Both the position numbers and the translations under genes were made by a program. Of a DNA stretch of 64,000 nucleotides, positions 26,487 through 37,181 are shown piece by piece (position 1 is the stretch's first letter; every line of letters begins with the position of its first letter). The stretch is from Obrimoposthia wandeli (lineage: Eukaryota). The stretch covers positions 3,410,001-3,474,000 of the forward strand of contig CDROCS010000253.1 of the NCBI GenBank assembly GCA_977020255.1, given 5' to 3'. The notes under the pieces were generated by a model. The model was not told the DNA's origin. It saw only the letters and a list, made by a program, of their open reading frames with translations, and made no database searches.

Positions 26487-29400
26487 TAACTTAACTCCCC
26501 TGCTGTCTCTTTTTCAGGATCTTGTCCTGGCTCTTGTGGAGTAATGGTTGTCGTTTTATTACGCTGGGCTAACAATTCATCTAAGCGAGATTGTGGAATA
26601 TCGGCATGATAAATTTTATTGTCTTTCAATTTATAATGACGGTTATATAAGGACAAAATATGGCGATCTGTTGATGGTGAAGCAGATAACATGCTGATAT
26701 GGTTGTCATTAAACATTTTTAATAACAGGTCAATATTTTCAGCCGCGAGTTCACCTAATTCATCTACCGGCAAAATTATTTGACTAGCATGTTTGCTGTC
26801 ACCACGTAACATAGCTAACAAACCAGCAAATAAAGACAACATAGCTAAATAGGATAAACCTGTTGAGCTTACTTTTTTAAGTTGCTTGGCATTACGCGCA
26901 TGTTTTACTTGGCCTTTTTCGACAATAGTAAACTCTAAATCAAACAAGTTATTGTGCGCTAAGACAAAACCTTCATTAGGTAAATAACTGGCCAATTTCT
27001 GCATGGCGAACACTAAATCATCCGGTACTTCGCCAAGACCATCACGTAATTGATCTTTGTATAGCTCAAACACTTCGGCAAATTTTTGTAACGGTCCCCA
27101 GTAATCTAGCTCTTCTTGCTTCATTACTGTGGTGACATTAATATCGGCTAACGCTTCAAAATGCGCTAACGCAGTCACTTTGGTTGATAACAATTTACCA
27201 ATACGTTTTATATTACGACCAAAGTTTTCTATGTGCTGATAAAACTCGTTGATCATGGTGGCATTGACCGTCACCAGTTGATAAGTACTTTGCTGTTTTT
27301 GGTCGGCGCTATTTAATAACTCACTAATAGGCTCACGATATTTAAACAGTGCTTTTGCCCCCGAGTAATTATCATTGTCATGCAATAGCTTTTGCCAGTT
27401 TTCGAACAGTTCACTGCCAGAGTGTTCTTTTCTAAAACGTTCACTAAAAGTATTTAACTGACTCGCCAATCTTTTTTCAATGGCTTTAAACTGTTGATGA
27501 TAATCGTGGAAAAAACTCACGGTTAAATCCGCTTGGTTTGCTGGCTCTTGTTGACAAAGTTCACTAGTAATTGCTGACATTTCGCATAAGCGTTTATTAT
27601 CATTGAGTTGCACTAATAAATCATCAGTGGCTTGTTTTTCTTGATTATTCTTTCTAATTAACTGTTTTAGATCGTTAATGTTAGCCGATAACTCAATACG
27701 ACTATCTTCATAATTTGTTTCTATATTACGTTTGATAATTTTTCTGTTTTGGTTTTCTTCAGCCAACGCATCACGATGACAATAACGCTCGTTCATAAAA
27801 CTGTTATAGTCGCGCGCCTTTTGGGCAAACACTGAACATTGCTGTAAATCTTGTTCTAAGATCACTCGCTTGGCAATACGTTTGTCTACTTCACCTTCAG
27901 GATCAAGTTTTTCAATATCAATCGCTTGTTGTTTTTTAAGATCTGTTAAACGTTGTTTGGTATTACTTATCAGTGTTGATAATTGCTCAGACAATAGCGT
28001 TAACTGATTATCTCGGTCACTTTCAACCACCATGCATTTTTCTAACTTATCGTTAGTGAGTTCATGCAATTGCTCAGTTTTATTTTCTTCAAAGCTAAAT
28101 TGCTTTTTCTCAAGGACTTTTATTTGTTGAGTTAACGTTTGTAATTGTGCTTCTATTGTTTGGCGGTGCGCTTTTATCGCTAGCTGTTTTTTAACCACTA
28201 AGCTTTCTTGCTGCGTTTTCAATTGCCCTAACGTTAACTGTTGCTGATTTAAGCTTTGTGCTTGTTCAGTTACCGTGATTTTTAACTGACTAATTTCTTT
28301 GGCAATAAACTTTAACTGCTCATCAAGCTGAGAAATTTTATCTGTTTGCGTTTGTAATTTCGTTTCAATGACTTGGCGCTTTTCTCTCAGTTGCGCTTCG
28401 TCTAAAAATAAAGAATCGTCACAAGGCAGTTGCTGTAAGTCTATCGATAAACCATAAAGACTTGCCGGTGTTTTGTTGCTGTCATTATTACTGCTTTCTA
28501 ACCACTGCGGATTTAAATCAGTCCGCGATAATTGTTCGGTAGTAAGCAACCGACCAATAGTGTCTTGCCAGTTGGCGGCTTTAGGTTCATTAATAAGATA
28601 ATGATGTAAAGAGTCGGCTTGCGGCAGTAATTGTAATTCAACCTGATGATAATCTTGTTTTAACTGTTCAAGATAACGATTAACTTCACTACGTTGTGTC
28701 AATTGTTGGTTTTGCTGTTTCTCTAATTGATATTGCTGCTTTTGTAATTCAGAAGCTTGTTGCACCAACTGATTAGTATTTTGCTGAGCGTGTGTTAATG
28801 CCTGAATGTTATCTTCTATATCAGCAGATAATTGCAGCGGTATTATTGGTTGGCTAAGTTGTTGTTTAGCCGTATCTACTTGATATTGTATTTGTTGCTG
28901 ATCTTTTTGTAGTTTAAGCTCTTCTTGATGTAATTGGGCATTAAGTGCTTGTTGTTGCTGATGAAATACTTCATTAATACGTGATAATTTTTCATTAGAC
29001 TGAGTCGCTATCAGCGCTGATTTTTCTTTATTGCTGTTGATGCCTTTAAGCTTTTCTACTTCCATTTGTTGAATAAGCTTATCGAATTTTTGCCCTATTT
29101 TACTGATATTACCTTCAAAGGCATCAATAACGGCAATGACTTCATTCAACTCAGCTTGAATTTGTGGTGCTTGCTCGGCCTTAATTTGATAACTACTGGC
29201 ATCATCTTCATCAAAATTAAGTTTATCCGCATCAAGTAGATCGATTTTGCTTAAATCAGCTTCAATTTTAGCGATGAGGTCAAACTTTTCCTTGTGAAAC
29301 TGTTCCGTTAAATTAGCTAATTCACTGTCGAGTTTACTGCGTGTTTCAATACTGATTTTTTTAAGGGTATCTCTTTCTTGCTGTTTTATTTCAAGACGTG

Positions 29401-30250
29401 CTTGATGCGCGATCACTTCCGCGTGAAGATGTTGTAACTTATTGACTAAACTAGCAAAGACGCTAAAATCGTTTTGCCAAACAGATATTTTATCTGCTAC
29501 TTTTTTTATGGCGCGACTGGCTTGAATATCGGCAAGCCAGTTAGTAATATCTGCTTTATTTAAGCTAAGCTGTTCTTTTTCATCAAGGGTATCACGAGCA
29601 AGATGATCGCTGGCAATTGCAACTAACATGCGTTTAACTGCTTCAAAATCTAGATTTTTTTCTATGGTACCGTTAATCACTTTATCAATATGGGGGCATG
29701 CTTGCTCACTAAAAGAAAAGCGGTTTTGCAGTAATCTTATTTCTTTATGTTTACGACCACTACGCAAATTTTGAATAACTTGACGGTATTTATCTATACC
29801 TAAAAATTTGGAGCTTTCATTACCAATATTACGGTAATTTTTTTCTATTTCGTTGATAGTAAAAGGTTTAGCCTTATTACCTGTAGTACTGGCAATGAAA
29901 TACTGACTGTCGTAAGCGGCATCAATAAATTTAAAGTGCACACCTCTACCATCGCTGGTGGCTAACACTTGGCATTTTTGTCCGAAGGGTCTTGCGTATT
30001 CGTACACTAAAATACTGGATTCACGCGGTAAATAAAAATCGGCAAAGTTTTTTGCCTGGTCAACCTTACTAACAATATCGCTAGGTCGCATGCCATAAAA
30101 AAGTGGTAACAAACGCATTAACGAGGTTTTTCCTGCGCCGTTTGTCCCTTCAAGTTGAGTGTGACCCGTTAAATCCAGCTCATTTACTTGTCCTTGCCAA
30201 AAACTGTCGATAATAATAATGCGCAGCAGCGAATAGCCATGTTCTGCCAT
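26486..30250 (-). CDS. MksB/JetC-like SMC ATPase (DUF3584-like)
   Basis: Walker A GTNGAGKTS, long coiled coils, signature SSTGLSY, Walker B/D-loop ILPVDELGEL. Confidence 0.9.
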   Translation of the reverse strand: MAEHGYSLLRIIIIDSFWQGQVNELDLTGHTQLEGTNGAGKTSLMRLLPLFYGMRPSDIVSKVDQAKNFADFYLPRESSILVYEYARPFGQKCQVLATSDGRGVHFKFIDAAYDSQYFIASTTGNKAKPFTINEIEKNYRNIGNESSKFLGIDKYRQVIQNLRSGRKHKEIRLLQNRFSFSEQACPHIDKVINGTIEKNLDFEAVKRMLVAIASDHLARDTLDEKEQLSLNKADITNWLADIQASRAIKKVADKISVWQNDFSVFASLVNKLQHLHAEVIAHQARLEIKQQERDTLKKISIETRSKLDSELANLTEQFHKEKFDLIAKIEADLSKIDLLDADKLNFDEDDASSYQIKAEQAPQIQAELNEVIAVIDAFEGNISKIGQKFDKLIQQMEVEKLKGINSNKEKSALIATQSNEKLSRINEVFHQQQQALNAQLHQEELKLQKDQQQIQYQVDTAKQQLSQPIIPLQLSADIEDNIQALTHAQQNTNQLVQQASELQKQQYQLEKQQNQQLTQRSEVNRYLEQLKQDYHQVELQLLPQADSLHHYLINEPKAANWQDTIGRLLTTEQLSRTDLNPQWLESSNNDSNKTPASLYGLSIDLQQLPCDDSLFLDEAQLREKRQVIETKLQTQTDKISQLDEQLKFIAKEISQLKITVTEQAQSLNQQQLTLGQLKTQQESLVVKKQLAIKAHRQTIEAQLQTLTQQIKVLEKKQFSFEENKTEQLHELTNDKLEKCMVVESDRDNQLTLLSEQLSTLISNTKQRLTDLKKQQAIDIEKLDPEGEVDKRIAKRVILEQDLQQCSVFAQKARDYNSFMNERYCHRDALAEENQNRKIIKRNIETNYEDSRIELSANINDLKQLIRKNNQEKQATDDLLVQLNDNKRLCEMSAITSELCQQEPANQADLTVSFFHDYHQQFKAIEKRLASQLNTFSERFRKEHSGSELFENWQKLLHDNDNYSGAKALFKYREPISELLNSADQKQQSTYQLVTVNATMINEFYQHIENFGRNIKRIGKLLSTKVTALAHFEALADINVTTVMKQEELDYWGPLQKFAEVFELYKDQLRDGLGEVPDDLVFAMQKLASYLPNEGFVLAHNNLFDLEFTIVEKGQVKHARNAKQLKKVSSTGLSYLAMLSLFAGLLAMLRGDSKHASQIILPVDELGELAAENIDLLLKMFNDNHISMLSASPSTDRHILSLYNRHYKLKDNKIYHADIPQSRLDELLAQRNKTTTITPQEPGQDPEKETAGELS

Positions 30251-30297
30251 AGTGTAACCTTAGGGGAGTTTAGTGATATTAGGTATCATGGGTATAA

Positions 30298-31161
30298 TTA
30301 ATGAAGAACTTGTATTTTTAGTACGAGCGCGGGGTCTATTTTTACATTGAACCAGTTAATACGCCAGTCTAAATGAGATCCTGTTGCCCTACCGCTTTTA
30401 CCAACGGCAGCTACTACTTCGCCTTGTTTAACTATATCACCTTGTTTAACATAAGAATTACTTAAATGTAAAAAGGTAGAACTTACCCCATGACCATGAT
30501 CAATAATCATGGTGCCACCAGAGTAAAACATATCGGGTACCCACAGTAATACCGTACCCGATGCCGGAGCTTTGACCGGATCACCAGTTTTACCTGCGTA
30601 ATCTAAACCAAAGTGTGGACGTTTTGGCACACCATTATAAACACGCTGACTGCCATAAACACCGGTAATTACGCCTTTTATTGGCGCGATAAAGCCTTCA
30701 GCAAAGTAATTAAGTGAGCTTGAAACTTTACGTGCTGTTTTAATCTTTTTATTATCTGCTTGCGATCTAGATACCGCTTTAGGATTGGGCTGCATGATGC
30801 TTTTTTTAATACCTTCAATACGCTGAATATTATAACTGCGTTTTTGTGGCGTTAATGTTTTCTCTACCCGATCACCATTAACTGAGGTGATCACGAGTTG
30901 ATAACTTTGTTTATCATCACGAGAAAAGCCAAAGGTAAAATCACCGCTGTTTGAAACAGTGATTGTCTTACCATTTAAGGTAACGGTATTTTGGGCGAGA
31001 GTTTTACCCACCATTAATCCGCCTTGCTTAACTTCACCCGTTAACACTATTTTTTCTTGCGAGATTGCAGAAAAACTAGTGACAACGGCTAACAAAATTA
31101 TGGATTTACTTAAAATTCGACTGAAGCCATTAGTTAAGGCTCTAGTTAAGGAGTTACCCAT
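30298..31161 (-). CDS. M23 family metallopeptidase
   Basis: HFGLD, HL and HLDW zinc motifs; signal peptide; start taken at ATG 31161. Confidence 0.9.
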   Translation of the reverse strand: MGNSLTRALTNGFSRILSKSIILLAVVTSFSAISQEKIVLTGEVKQGGLMVGKTLAQNTVTLNGKTITVSNSGDFTFGFSRDDKQSYQLVITSVNGDRVEKTLTPQKRSYNIQRIEGIKKSIMQPNPKAVSRSQADNKKIKTARKVSSSLNYFAEGFIAPIKGVITGVYGSQRVYNGVPKRPHFGLDYAGKTGDPVKAPASGTVLLWVPDMFYSGGTMIIDHGHGVSSTFLHLSNSYVKQGDIVKQGEVVAAVGKSGRATGSHLDWRINWFNVKIDPALVLKIQVLH

Positions 31162-32044
31162 AAACAATGGCCCCTTTAGCGACACCTTCATAAGCAATAA
31201 CTTTCACAACGTTATTCGTTAGTTCTGGATGTTCCGCTTTGACTTGTCTTAAAATAAAGTCTGCTAATAATTCTACCGTTGAATCACAATCAACTACATC
31301 AAGTACTTTGCTATCAACGGCGATATCAAATCGACCTTGAGGAGCATAGTAACTAAAGTATTGATGATCAGGTGTTAAATTACTTATTGCTTGAGTTGAT
31401 AACTGAATATCATCGACAGAAATTCTGTCGGCTTCACTGGCAATATAGATATCTTGCCAGCGCTGACACCAAGCAGCCTCAAGGTTCGAGTCTCTTTTGT
31501 CATCTACTAATATTTGAATCTTAGAACGATGACCATGAGCAATACGTTGGCAATTGCCATCATGTAATTTCAAGCCATGAGTATAATGATAATAATCAGT
31601 TGGAATATTTTCAGGACGTAATACTAAGGTCAAACCTCGCACATTTTCGGGTAACTCAGCCATAATAATAGCCGTTAAGTGTTTAGTCACCGCGGGTATT
31701 GTGATGGTTAAACAGTCTATCGAGGCAAAAGCGCATGCTGGAGACTGTAAATAGTAACTTGCCGCATCACTGATAAAGTCGATCGTTTGATGACCGTCAT
31801 TATAAGGCGAATCTGCTAAGGTTAATGCTTGCTCTTGACTAGGTAATAACAATTTATGGTCAACGGCATTGTCTATAATGGCTTTAATTTGCTTTTTTAC
31901 CACGGCAAAATCAAGCACCATACTCATTTCATTTAACGAACCGTCGAGTAATACGTCAACAATCCAGCTCTCACCAACAATACCGCGCTGTTTACACAGG
32001 TATGAAAAATCAATAACGGTAAGATCATCTACAAATAATTGCAT
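31154..32044 (-). CDS. queD: 6-carboxytetrahydropterin synthase-like (tandem T-fold)
   Basis: MVLDF..VK..IK, YTHGL, CQRIAHGHRS, STVELLA motifs. Confidence 0.75.
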   Translation of the reverse strand: MQLFVDDLTVIDFSYLCKQRGIVGESWIVDVLLDGSLNEMSMVLDFAVVKKQIKAIIDNAVDHKLLLPSQEQALTLADSPYNDGHQTIDFISDAASYYLQSPACAFASIDCLTITIPAVTKHLTAIIMAELPENVRGLTLVLRPENIPTDYYHYTHGLKLHDGNCQRIAHGHRSKIQILVDDKRDSNLEAAWCQRWQDIYIASEADRISVDDIQLSTQAISNLTPDHQYFSYYAPQGRFDIAVDSKVLDVVDCDSTVELLADFILRQVKAEHPELTNNVVKVIAYEGVAKGAIVYG

Positions 32045-32167
32045 TTTTTTCCTTAAATTAAACTTAGATTTACTTTTAGCTCTCTAATCATTTTTACAGG
32101 GTTAACATAATCTAAGCTTTAGCTTATATATTAGTAAATAAAACTAAAGCTCAGGGACAGATTATAG

Positions 32168-33247
32168 TTAACCTTCTACTTGCCACAAAATATCTTCATT
32201 GGCACGAACAGGTACCACAACATCATCGCCGAAGGTCATTGTTGCCGGTACTTGCCATGCTTTTTTAACTAAGGTGATTTTATCTTCATTTACCGGTAAT
32301 TGGTAGAATGTTGGACCATTAATACTGGTAAAAGCTTCTAATTTATCAAGAGAATTTTCTTGCTCGAATACTTCAGCATACAACTCAACAGCGGCATGGG
32401 CAGAATAAACACCGGCACAACCACAAGCTGACTCTTTTGCTTGTTGTGCATGTGGCGCAGAATCAGTACCTAAGAAGAATTTTTTGTCGCCACTCGTGGC
32501 TGCTGCTATTAACGCTTGTTGATGCGTGTTGCGTTTTAAAATAGGTAAACAGAAGTAATGTGGACGAATACCGCCAACTAACATGTGGTTACGGTTATAC
32601 AATAAATGATGAACCGTAATAGTAGCGGCAACATTGTCACCGGCAGCTTTAACAAAATCTACCGCATTTTTAGTGGTGATATGCTCTAACACAACTTTAA
32701 GGTTAGGGTAGTTAGCAACTAGTGGCTTTAAAATGGTATCAATGAACACTTGTTCTCTATCAAAAATATCAATATCAGCAGCGGTTACTTCGCCGTGAAT
32801 TAATAGTGGCATGCCCACTGATTGCATTGCGGCAAATACTTCCGTTAAATTGGCAACATCGGTTACACCCGATGATGAATTTGTCGTTGCACCGGCTGGA
32901 TATAATTTTGCCGCATAAACTAAACCCGAATCTTTCGCCTCAATAATATCTTGTGCGCTGGTTTTATCTGTTAAATATAACACCATTAATGGTTTGAAAT
33001 GAGCACTGGGTGCTGCGGCCATAATTCGCTCATAGTAACTTTTTGCTAAAGCAGCATCCGTTACTGGAGGGACTAAATTTGGCATCACAATAGCTCTACC
33101 AAAATAACGACTAATATCAGCTACGGTATTTTTTAATACCGCGCCGTCACGTAAATGTACGTGCCAATCATCGGGACGAGCGATAGTTAAAGTATTACTT
33201 ACGGCATCATTTGAGGTGTCATTTAAGGTATTGCTTTCATTTGTCAT
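32168..33247 (-). CDS. pyrC: Dihydroorotase
   Basis: [29 protein letters not shown]. Confidence 0.97.
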   Translation of the reverse strand: MTNESNTLNDTSNDAVSNTLTIARPDDWHVHLRDGAVLKNTVADISRYFGRAIVMPNLVPPVTDAALAKSYYERIMAAAPSAHFKPLMVLYLTDKTSAQDIIEAKDSGLVYAAKLYPAGATTNSSSGVTDVANLTEVFAAMQSVGMPLLIHGEVTAADIDIFDREQVFIDTILKPLVANYPNLKVVLEHITTKNAVDFVKAAGDNVAATITVHHLLYNRNHMLVGGIRPHYFCLPILKRNTHQQALIAAATSGDKKFFLGTDSAPHAQQAKESACGCAGVYSAHAAVELYAEVFEQENSLDKLEAFTSINGPTFYQLPVNEDKITLVKKAWQVPATMTFGDDVVVPVRANEDILWQVEG

Positions 33248-33421
33248 GTTCGTATTTCCAATTTTGTATGATTACAGCTAACTGACTATTTATTTAATCG
33301 ACTTAATCTATATTGCTGTTTTAACTAACTTTATGTCTATTTTAGTGAAGAGGCATAAAGGTAACGCGATACTTAAATAGTAACGTGTTACCACTATTTA
33401 GTGCATTAGCTCTTCGTTGCT

Positions 33422-34477
33422 TTACTCACTCTCGACTTTTTCACTATCAAGCAACGCCATTAACTGTTCTTTTAAATTTGGCGGTACTTTATAGATGATC
33501 AACGAGTCATTATGTGGATTATAAACGACATCTTCACCAAAATGGCTACGCTCAAAACTTAAACTTATGCCATTACCATAGCCTGAATATTTAGTGATTT
33601 TGTTAACCACAGCTTGTTCGTGTGGAAACGATTCTTCAATGGGGTACGATTGCGTTTGACAGAACTGATAAAAGTCTTGTTCTGATCCTGCGCTTTCAAT
33701 GACTTTACCTACCTCTTGCAGTGATACATCTTGAGAACTCGCTTTTTGCTCTTTGCAGTAGCTCAGTAAATCTTTACGTGTTTTTTGCTTTTCTGCTGGA
33801 TCGAGTTGATTAACTGCAACATAATCTTCAACCGCTTGTACTAATGTTTGCGTTTGCTCTTTCGCGTTTAACCCTTCTTCACAACCTAAGAAGTCTAAAA
33901 AGAAGTCAGACACTTTACGACCAGCTCTACCTTTTATAAAAGAGATATAACGATTGCCGTGAGCATTTTCTTTATAGTCGAATAAATCTATACGTGCGGC
34001 GAGTTGCAACTTACTAGTGTCTAAATGCTGCGCGGCTGAAATATTGAGCTCACCGTCAACACTGTAATGCTCTGATACGGGAATAACTGCGACGAATAAG
34101 TAACGACCACCCATGTATTCATAATGACATATAACAAAATAACCTGTTTCTTCTATGTCGTATTTTTCTATTTCATTTTTTAATACGTTGCCTGCTTGTG
34201 TACTAAAATCATAGAAGCTTTGTTGTTCAGTTAAATAACTTTCCATCAAATCAACAAAGCGGGCAGAATCACCTTCACTCGGCATGGATGAAAAACTACC
34301 ATAGGCCTTATTACCCTTGGTATTATAAATGGCATGTAAACCATCAACAAAATTGGTTATTTTCGCATTTTCTTGCACGAAATCAGCATTTTCTGGCCCT
34401 AGGCGTAAAACAACTTCGCCGGTATCTTCTTTTTTAGACAAAAAATGTAGTGCTATGTTTTTAATTATTAAGCTCAT
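33422..34477 (-). CDS. yejK: Nucleoid-associated protein YejK
   Basis: RYISFIKGRAGRKVSDFFLDFLGC; synteny with yejL/yejM. Confidence 0.95.
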   Translation of the reverse strand: MSLIIKNIALHFLSKKEDTGEVVLRLGPENADFVQENAKITNFVDGLHAIYNTKGNKAYGSFSSMPSEGDSARFVDLMESYLTEQQSFYDFSTQAGNVLKNEIEKYDIEETGYFVICHYEYMGGRYLFVAVIPVSEHYSVDGELNISAAQHLDTSKLQLAARIDLFDYKENAHGNRYISFIKGRAGRKVSDFFLDFLGCEEGLNAKEQTQTLVQAVEDYVAVNQLDPAEKQKTRKDLLSYCKEQKASSQDVSLQEVGKVIESAGSEQDFYQFCQTQSYPIEESFPHEQAVVNKITKYSGYGNGISLSFERSHFGEDVVYNPHNDSLIIYKVPPNLKEQLMALLDSEKVESE

Positions 34478-34632
34478 ATGATTCTTATGGTCAGTGACTA
34501 ATGTTAATTTAAGTTAGTGTTCTGTAATGACTGTTATTTTTATATCAGGTATATATTAAAGTGAGCAGGCATTTGATAAACTAGGTAAATTAAATTTATC
34601 ATTAACGAAAACTTTTTATTTAAGAAATTATT

Positions 34633-34839
34633 ATGCCTATTGTATCTAAATATTCGAACCAACGTGTAGAAAAAATTATCCAAGATTTGTTAGATGTTCT
34701 TGTGAAAGAAGAAGTAACGCCCGATTTAGCCCTAATGTGTTTAGGTAACGCTGTTACTAACATCATTGCCCAAGTACCTGAAAGCAAACGTGTTGCTGTT
34801 GTAGACAACTTTACTAAAGCCTTAAAACAATCGGTTTAA
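34633..34839 (+). CDS. yejL: YejL (UPF0352) protein
   Basis: [26 protein letters not shown]. Confidence 0.95.
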   Translation: MPIVSKYSNQRVEKIIQDLLDVLVKEEVTPDLALMCLGNAVTNIIAQVPESKRVAVVDNFTKALKQSV

Positions 34840-34883
34840 GTCCTTTTATTTAACTTTACCTGCAATAAGAAGAATAATTATCA

Positions 34884-36656
34884 ATGGTTTCATTTGATAC
34901 AAAAAGCTACAGCAAAAAACTATTACATTTGATCAGTTGGAGCCATTGGTTCACATTTTTCAATATTTTAGCAGCAATTGCCCTCTCCTCTTACTATTTA
35001 TTTAGTGAAGCTGCGCCAACGACACTCTTTGGCCAGGTCTACTTAATAACTACCTGGGTGAGTCATATTGCGTTTTTAACCTTTATGAGTTTTGTTTTGG
35101 TGTTATTTCCATTAACACTGATATTGCCACACACAAAGTTTATTAGAACGAGTGGCTCTATCATTTTTACCATTGGTTTATTATTACTGGTATTAGATGG
35201 CTTTATTTATAGTCGTTTGGGTTATCACTTAAACGCCTCTTCTAGAGCACAAATTCTAAGCTTGCTACAAGACTTAGCCAAAGAAAATAACCTGTTGTAT
35301 ACCGTCATGGGTACACTGGCTATCATTGTATTAGGCTTTGAGTTCATCGTTAGTAATTACGCATGGAAGCACTTAAAGCAATTACAAAAAACCATTTTTG
35401 CCCGTTTTGTTATTTTTGCGTTGGTATTATCATTCTTCTTTAGTCATGTAAGCCATATTTGGGCTGATGCTAACCTTGATTATGATATTTTGCGTCAAGA
35501 CACCGTTTTACCTTTGTCTTACCCCGCAACAGCAAAAACACTACTAACCAAATATGGTTTATTTAACATTGAAGATTATATAGAGCGTAAAAATAGTCCA
35601 CTATCCTTTAGTCACGCTATTCCGACTTACCCGACTATTGATTCCGGTCTTTGCCCCAATGAAAGTACCACTAAAGCGCCGACTAATTCGACCTTTTTGA
35701 TTCTAACTGAGCAACAAATATCAATGACTCAGCTAAATCAATTTATTCGCCGCGCAAGTGCTACCAGCTTACATTTAACCAACAATATTGATACCGGCCT
35801 TAATGATGATGCTTGGTTTAACCTGCTTTATTCTTTACCGAGTATTTATCAAGAAGATATTTTAAAGCAAGGTGTTAAGCCGCTCTTGTTTCAGCGTATC
35901 GATCAACAAGCCCTGGCAACGAGCTTAACGGTTATCTCTGATGAGTTTTCAACAACTGCCCTACAAGATAAGACGGTAGAGGACTCTTCACATGGAAATG
36001 ATGCTGTTACTGAACCGCGCTGGTTCGAAGCGTTATTCAGTGAAAAATCTGAACTAGAAAATGTTTCAAGTTTACTGTTTGCTGAGAAGTTAAATAATAA
36101 AGCGCCTGGTTTGCATATTATCTACTTTAAAAATAGCCTTGCTATTGATGCTAATAAAGCAGTAAAAAATAATAACCAATATCAATTTGAGTTATTTATT
36201 GATGCTTTACTTTTGGCTCAGAAACAAAAAACGCAAAAGGATATTATTTGGATCAGCTCTATCGGTAATCAAAGTAATGATACGCGCTTAAACACTAAAC
36301 CTGCGTTATTCATTTACCCGCAACCAGCTAAGGCAACTCATAAGGATGTTACTTTTAATACCAGTAACATGGATTTACAGCCAACCTTGATGAGTCAATG
36401 GCTAGCGTGTAACGTTACCGCTCGTAGTAACGGCAGTGATTTAGCTACCTTGAATAAAGACAGAGTTATTGCCAACACCACCGATAAAGGCATTATTATC
36501 TTTGATAAAGATAAATCTGTTTTTGTTGACCAAAATGGCAACTTTCAAAGTTACTCGCGTCAATTTTCTTCGCCAATAACCGTTAATGAAGACTTCCCAT
36601 TAATGATTGATGGCGTTCACTTTATTAAGTTATTTACCCAGAAGAATAAGCAGTAA
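34884..36656 (+). CDS. yejM: YejM/PbgA (DUF3413) inner-membrane protein
   Basis: ISWSHWFTFFNI, SHIWADA, LPLSYPATAK; yejL-yejM-tRNA-Pro synteny. Confidence 0.9.
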   Translation: MVSFDTKSYSKKLLHLISWSHWFTFFNILAAIALSSYYLFSEAAPTTLFGQVYLITTWVSHIAFLTFMSFVLVLFPLTLILPHTKFIRTSGSIIFTIGLLLLVLDGFIYSRLGYHLNASSRAQILSLLQDLAKENNLLYTVMGTLAIIVLGFEFIVSNYAWKHLKQLQKTIFARFVIFALVLSFFFSHVSHIWADANLDYDILRQDTVLPLSYPATAKTLLTKYGLFNIEDYIERKNSPLSFSHAIPTYPTIDSGLCPNESTTKAPTNSTFLILTEQQISMTQLNQFIRRASATSLHLTNNIDTGLNDDAWFNLLYSLPSIYQEDILKQGVKPLLFQRIDQQALATSLTVISDEFSTTALQDKTVEDSSHGNDAVTEPRWFEALFSEKSELENVSSLLFAEKLNNKAPGLHIIYFKNSLAIDANKAVKNNNQYQFELFIDALLLAQKQKTQKDIIWISSIGNQSNDTRLNTKPALFIYPQPAKATHKDVTFNTSNMDLQPTLMSQWLACNVTARSNGSDLATLNKDRVIANTTDKGIIIFDKDKSVFVDQNGNFQSYSRQFSSPITVNEDFPLMIDGVHFIKLFTQKNKQ

Positions 36657-36787
36657 GCGTTTTGATTTTTGTGTTTTAACTTAATATAGAGTAATAGTTA
36701 GCCGATCAGACAATCAAAGCTAACTATTCTCTTAATTGTCATTGCATTACCTTGATAAATCATTAATATACAGACGGTAAACTTGAT

Positions 36788-36946
36788 ATACCAATTGCAT
36801 TAATTAAGGTTGCATAATTTAATGAGAGTAAATATTCAAAAACAAGGCGCTTGATTGAGCAATAGCTGGCTATTGGGATTGAAAGCAACGATGTTATTGA
36901 ACATTTAGGCCATTTAAAATGATAACTTAGTTAGTATAACTGGTAT
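36788..36946. mobile_element. 159-bp MITE with terminal inverted repeats
   Basis: ATACCAATTGCATTAATTAAG versus reverse complement of CTTAGTTAGTATAACTGGTAT (16/21). Confidence 0.7.
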
Positions 36947-36968
36947 TTTCCTCTAGAGTTTACATTGT

Positions 36969-37045
36969 CGGGGTATAGCGCAGCTTGGTAGCGCGCGCGC
37001 CTGGGGGGCGTGAGGTCGACAGTTCGAATCTGTCTACTCCGACCA
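36969..37045 (+). tRNA. proL: tRNA-Pro (GGG)
   Basis: Full cloverleaf: acceptor CGGGGTA/TACTCCG, anticodon loop CTGGGGG, TTCGAAT T-loop, encoded CCA. Confidence 0.97.
37007..37038 (+). repeat. att core (tRNA 3' half), copy 1
   Basis: GGCGTGAGGTCGACAGTTCGAATCTGTCTACT, repeated at 42645-42676. Confidence 0.85.
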
Positions 37046-37057
37046 CATTAGTAAAAT

Positions 37058-37105
37058 AAAAAAGCCACTTAATTGTCATGCTAATGACGCTTAAGTGGCT
37101 TTTTT
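37058..37105 (+). terminator. Rho-independent terminator after tRNA
   Basis: AAAAAAGCCACTTAA...TTAAGTGGCTTTTTT. Confidence 0.85.
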
Positions 37106-37181
37106 ATATCTATTAAATCAATACAGCAGTAACCCCTTCCAATGTAATGCCCTACACAACGATTAAACCTCAAGTACGATA

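Noticed and set aside
32100-32128. dif site (GTTAACATAAT...)
   Set aside because: Only the XerD-like arm partly matches; the XerC arm is absent
33375-33399. Palindrome AAATAGTAACGTGTTACCACTATTT (and similar at 49748) as matS-like site
   Set aside because: Does not match GTGAC-RNY-GTCAC; may just be a terminator or operator, with no supporting evidence
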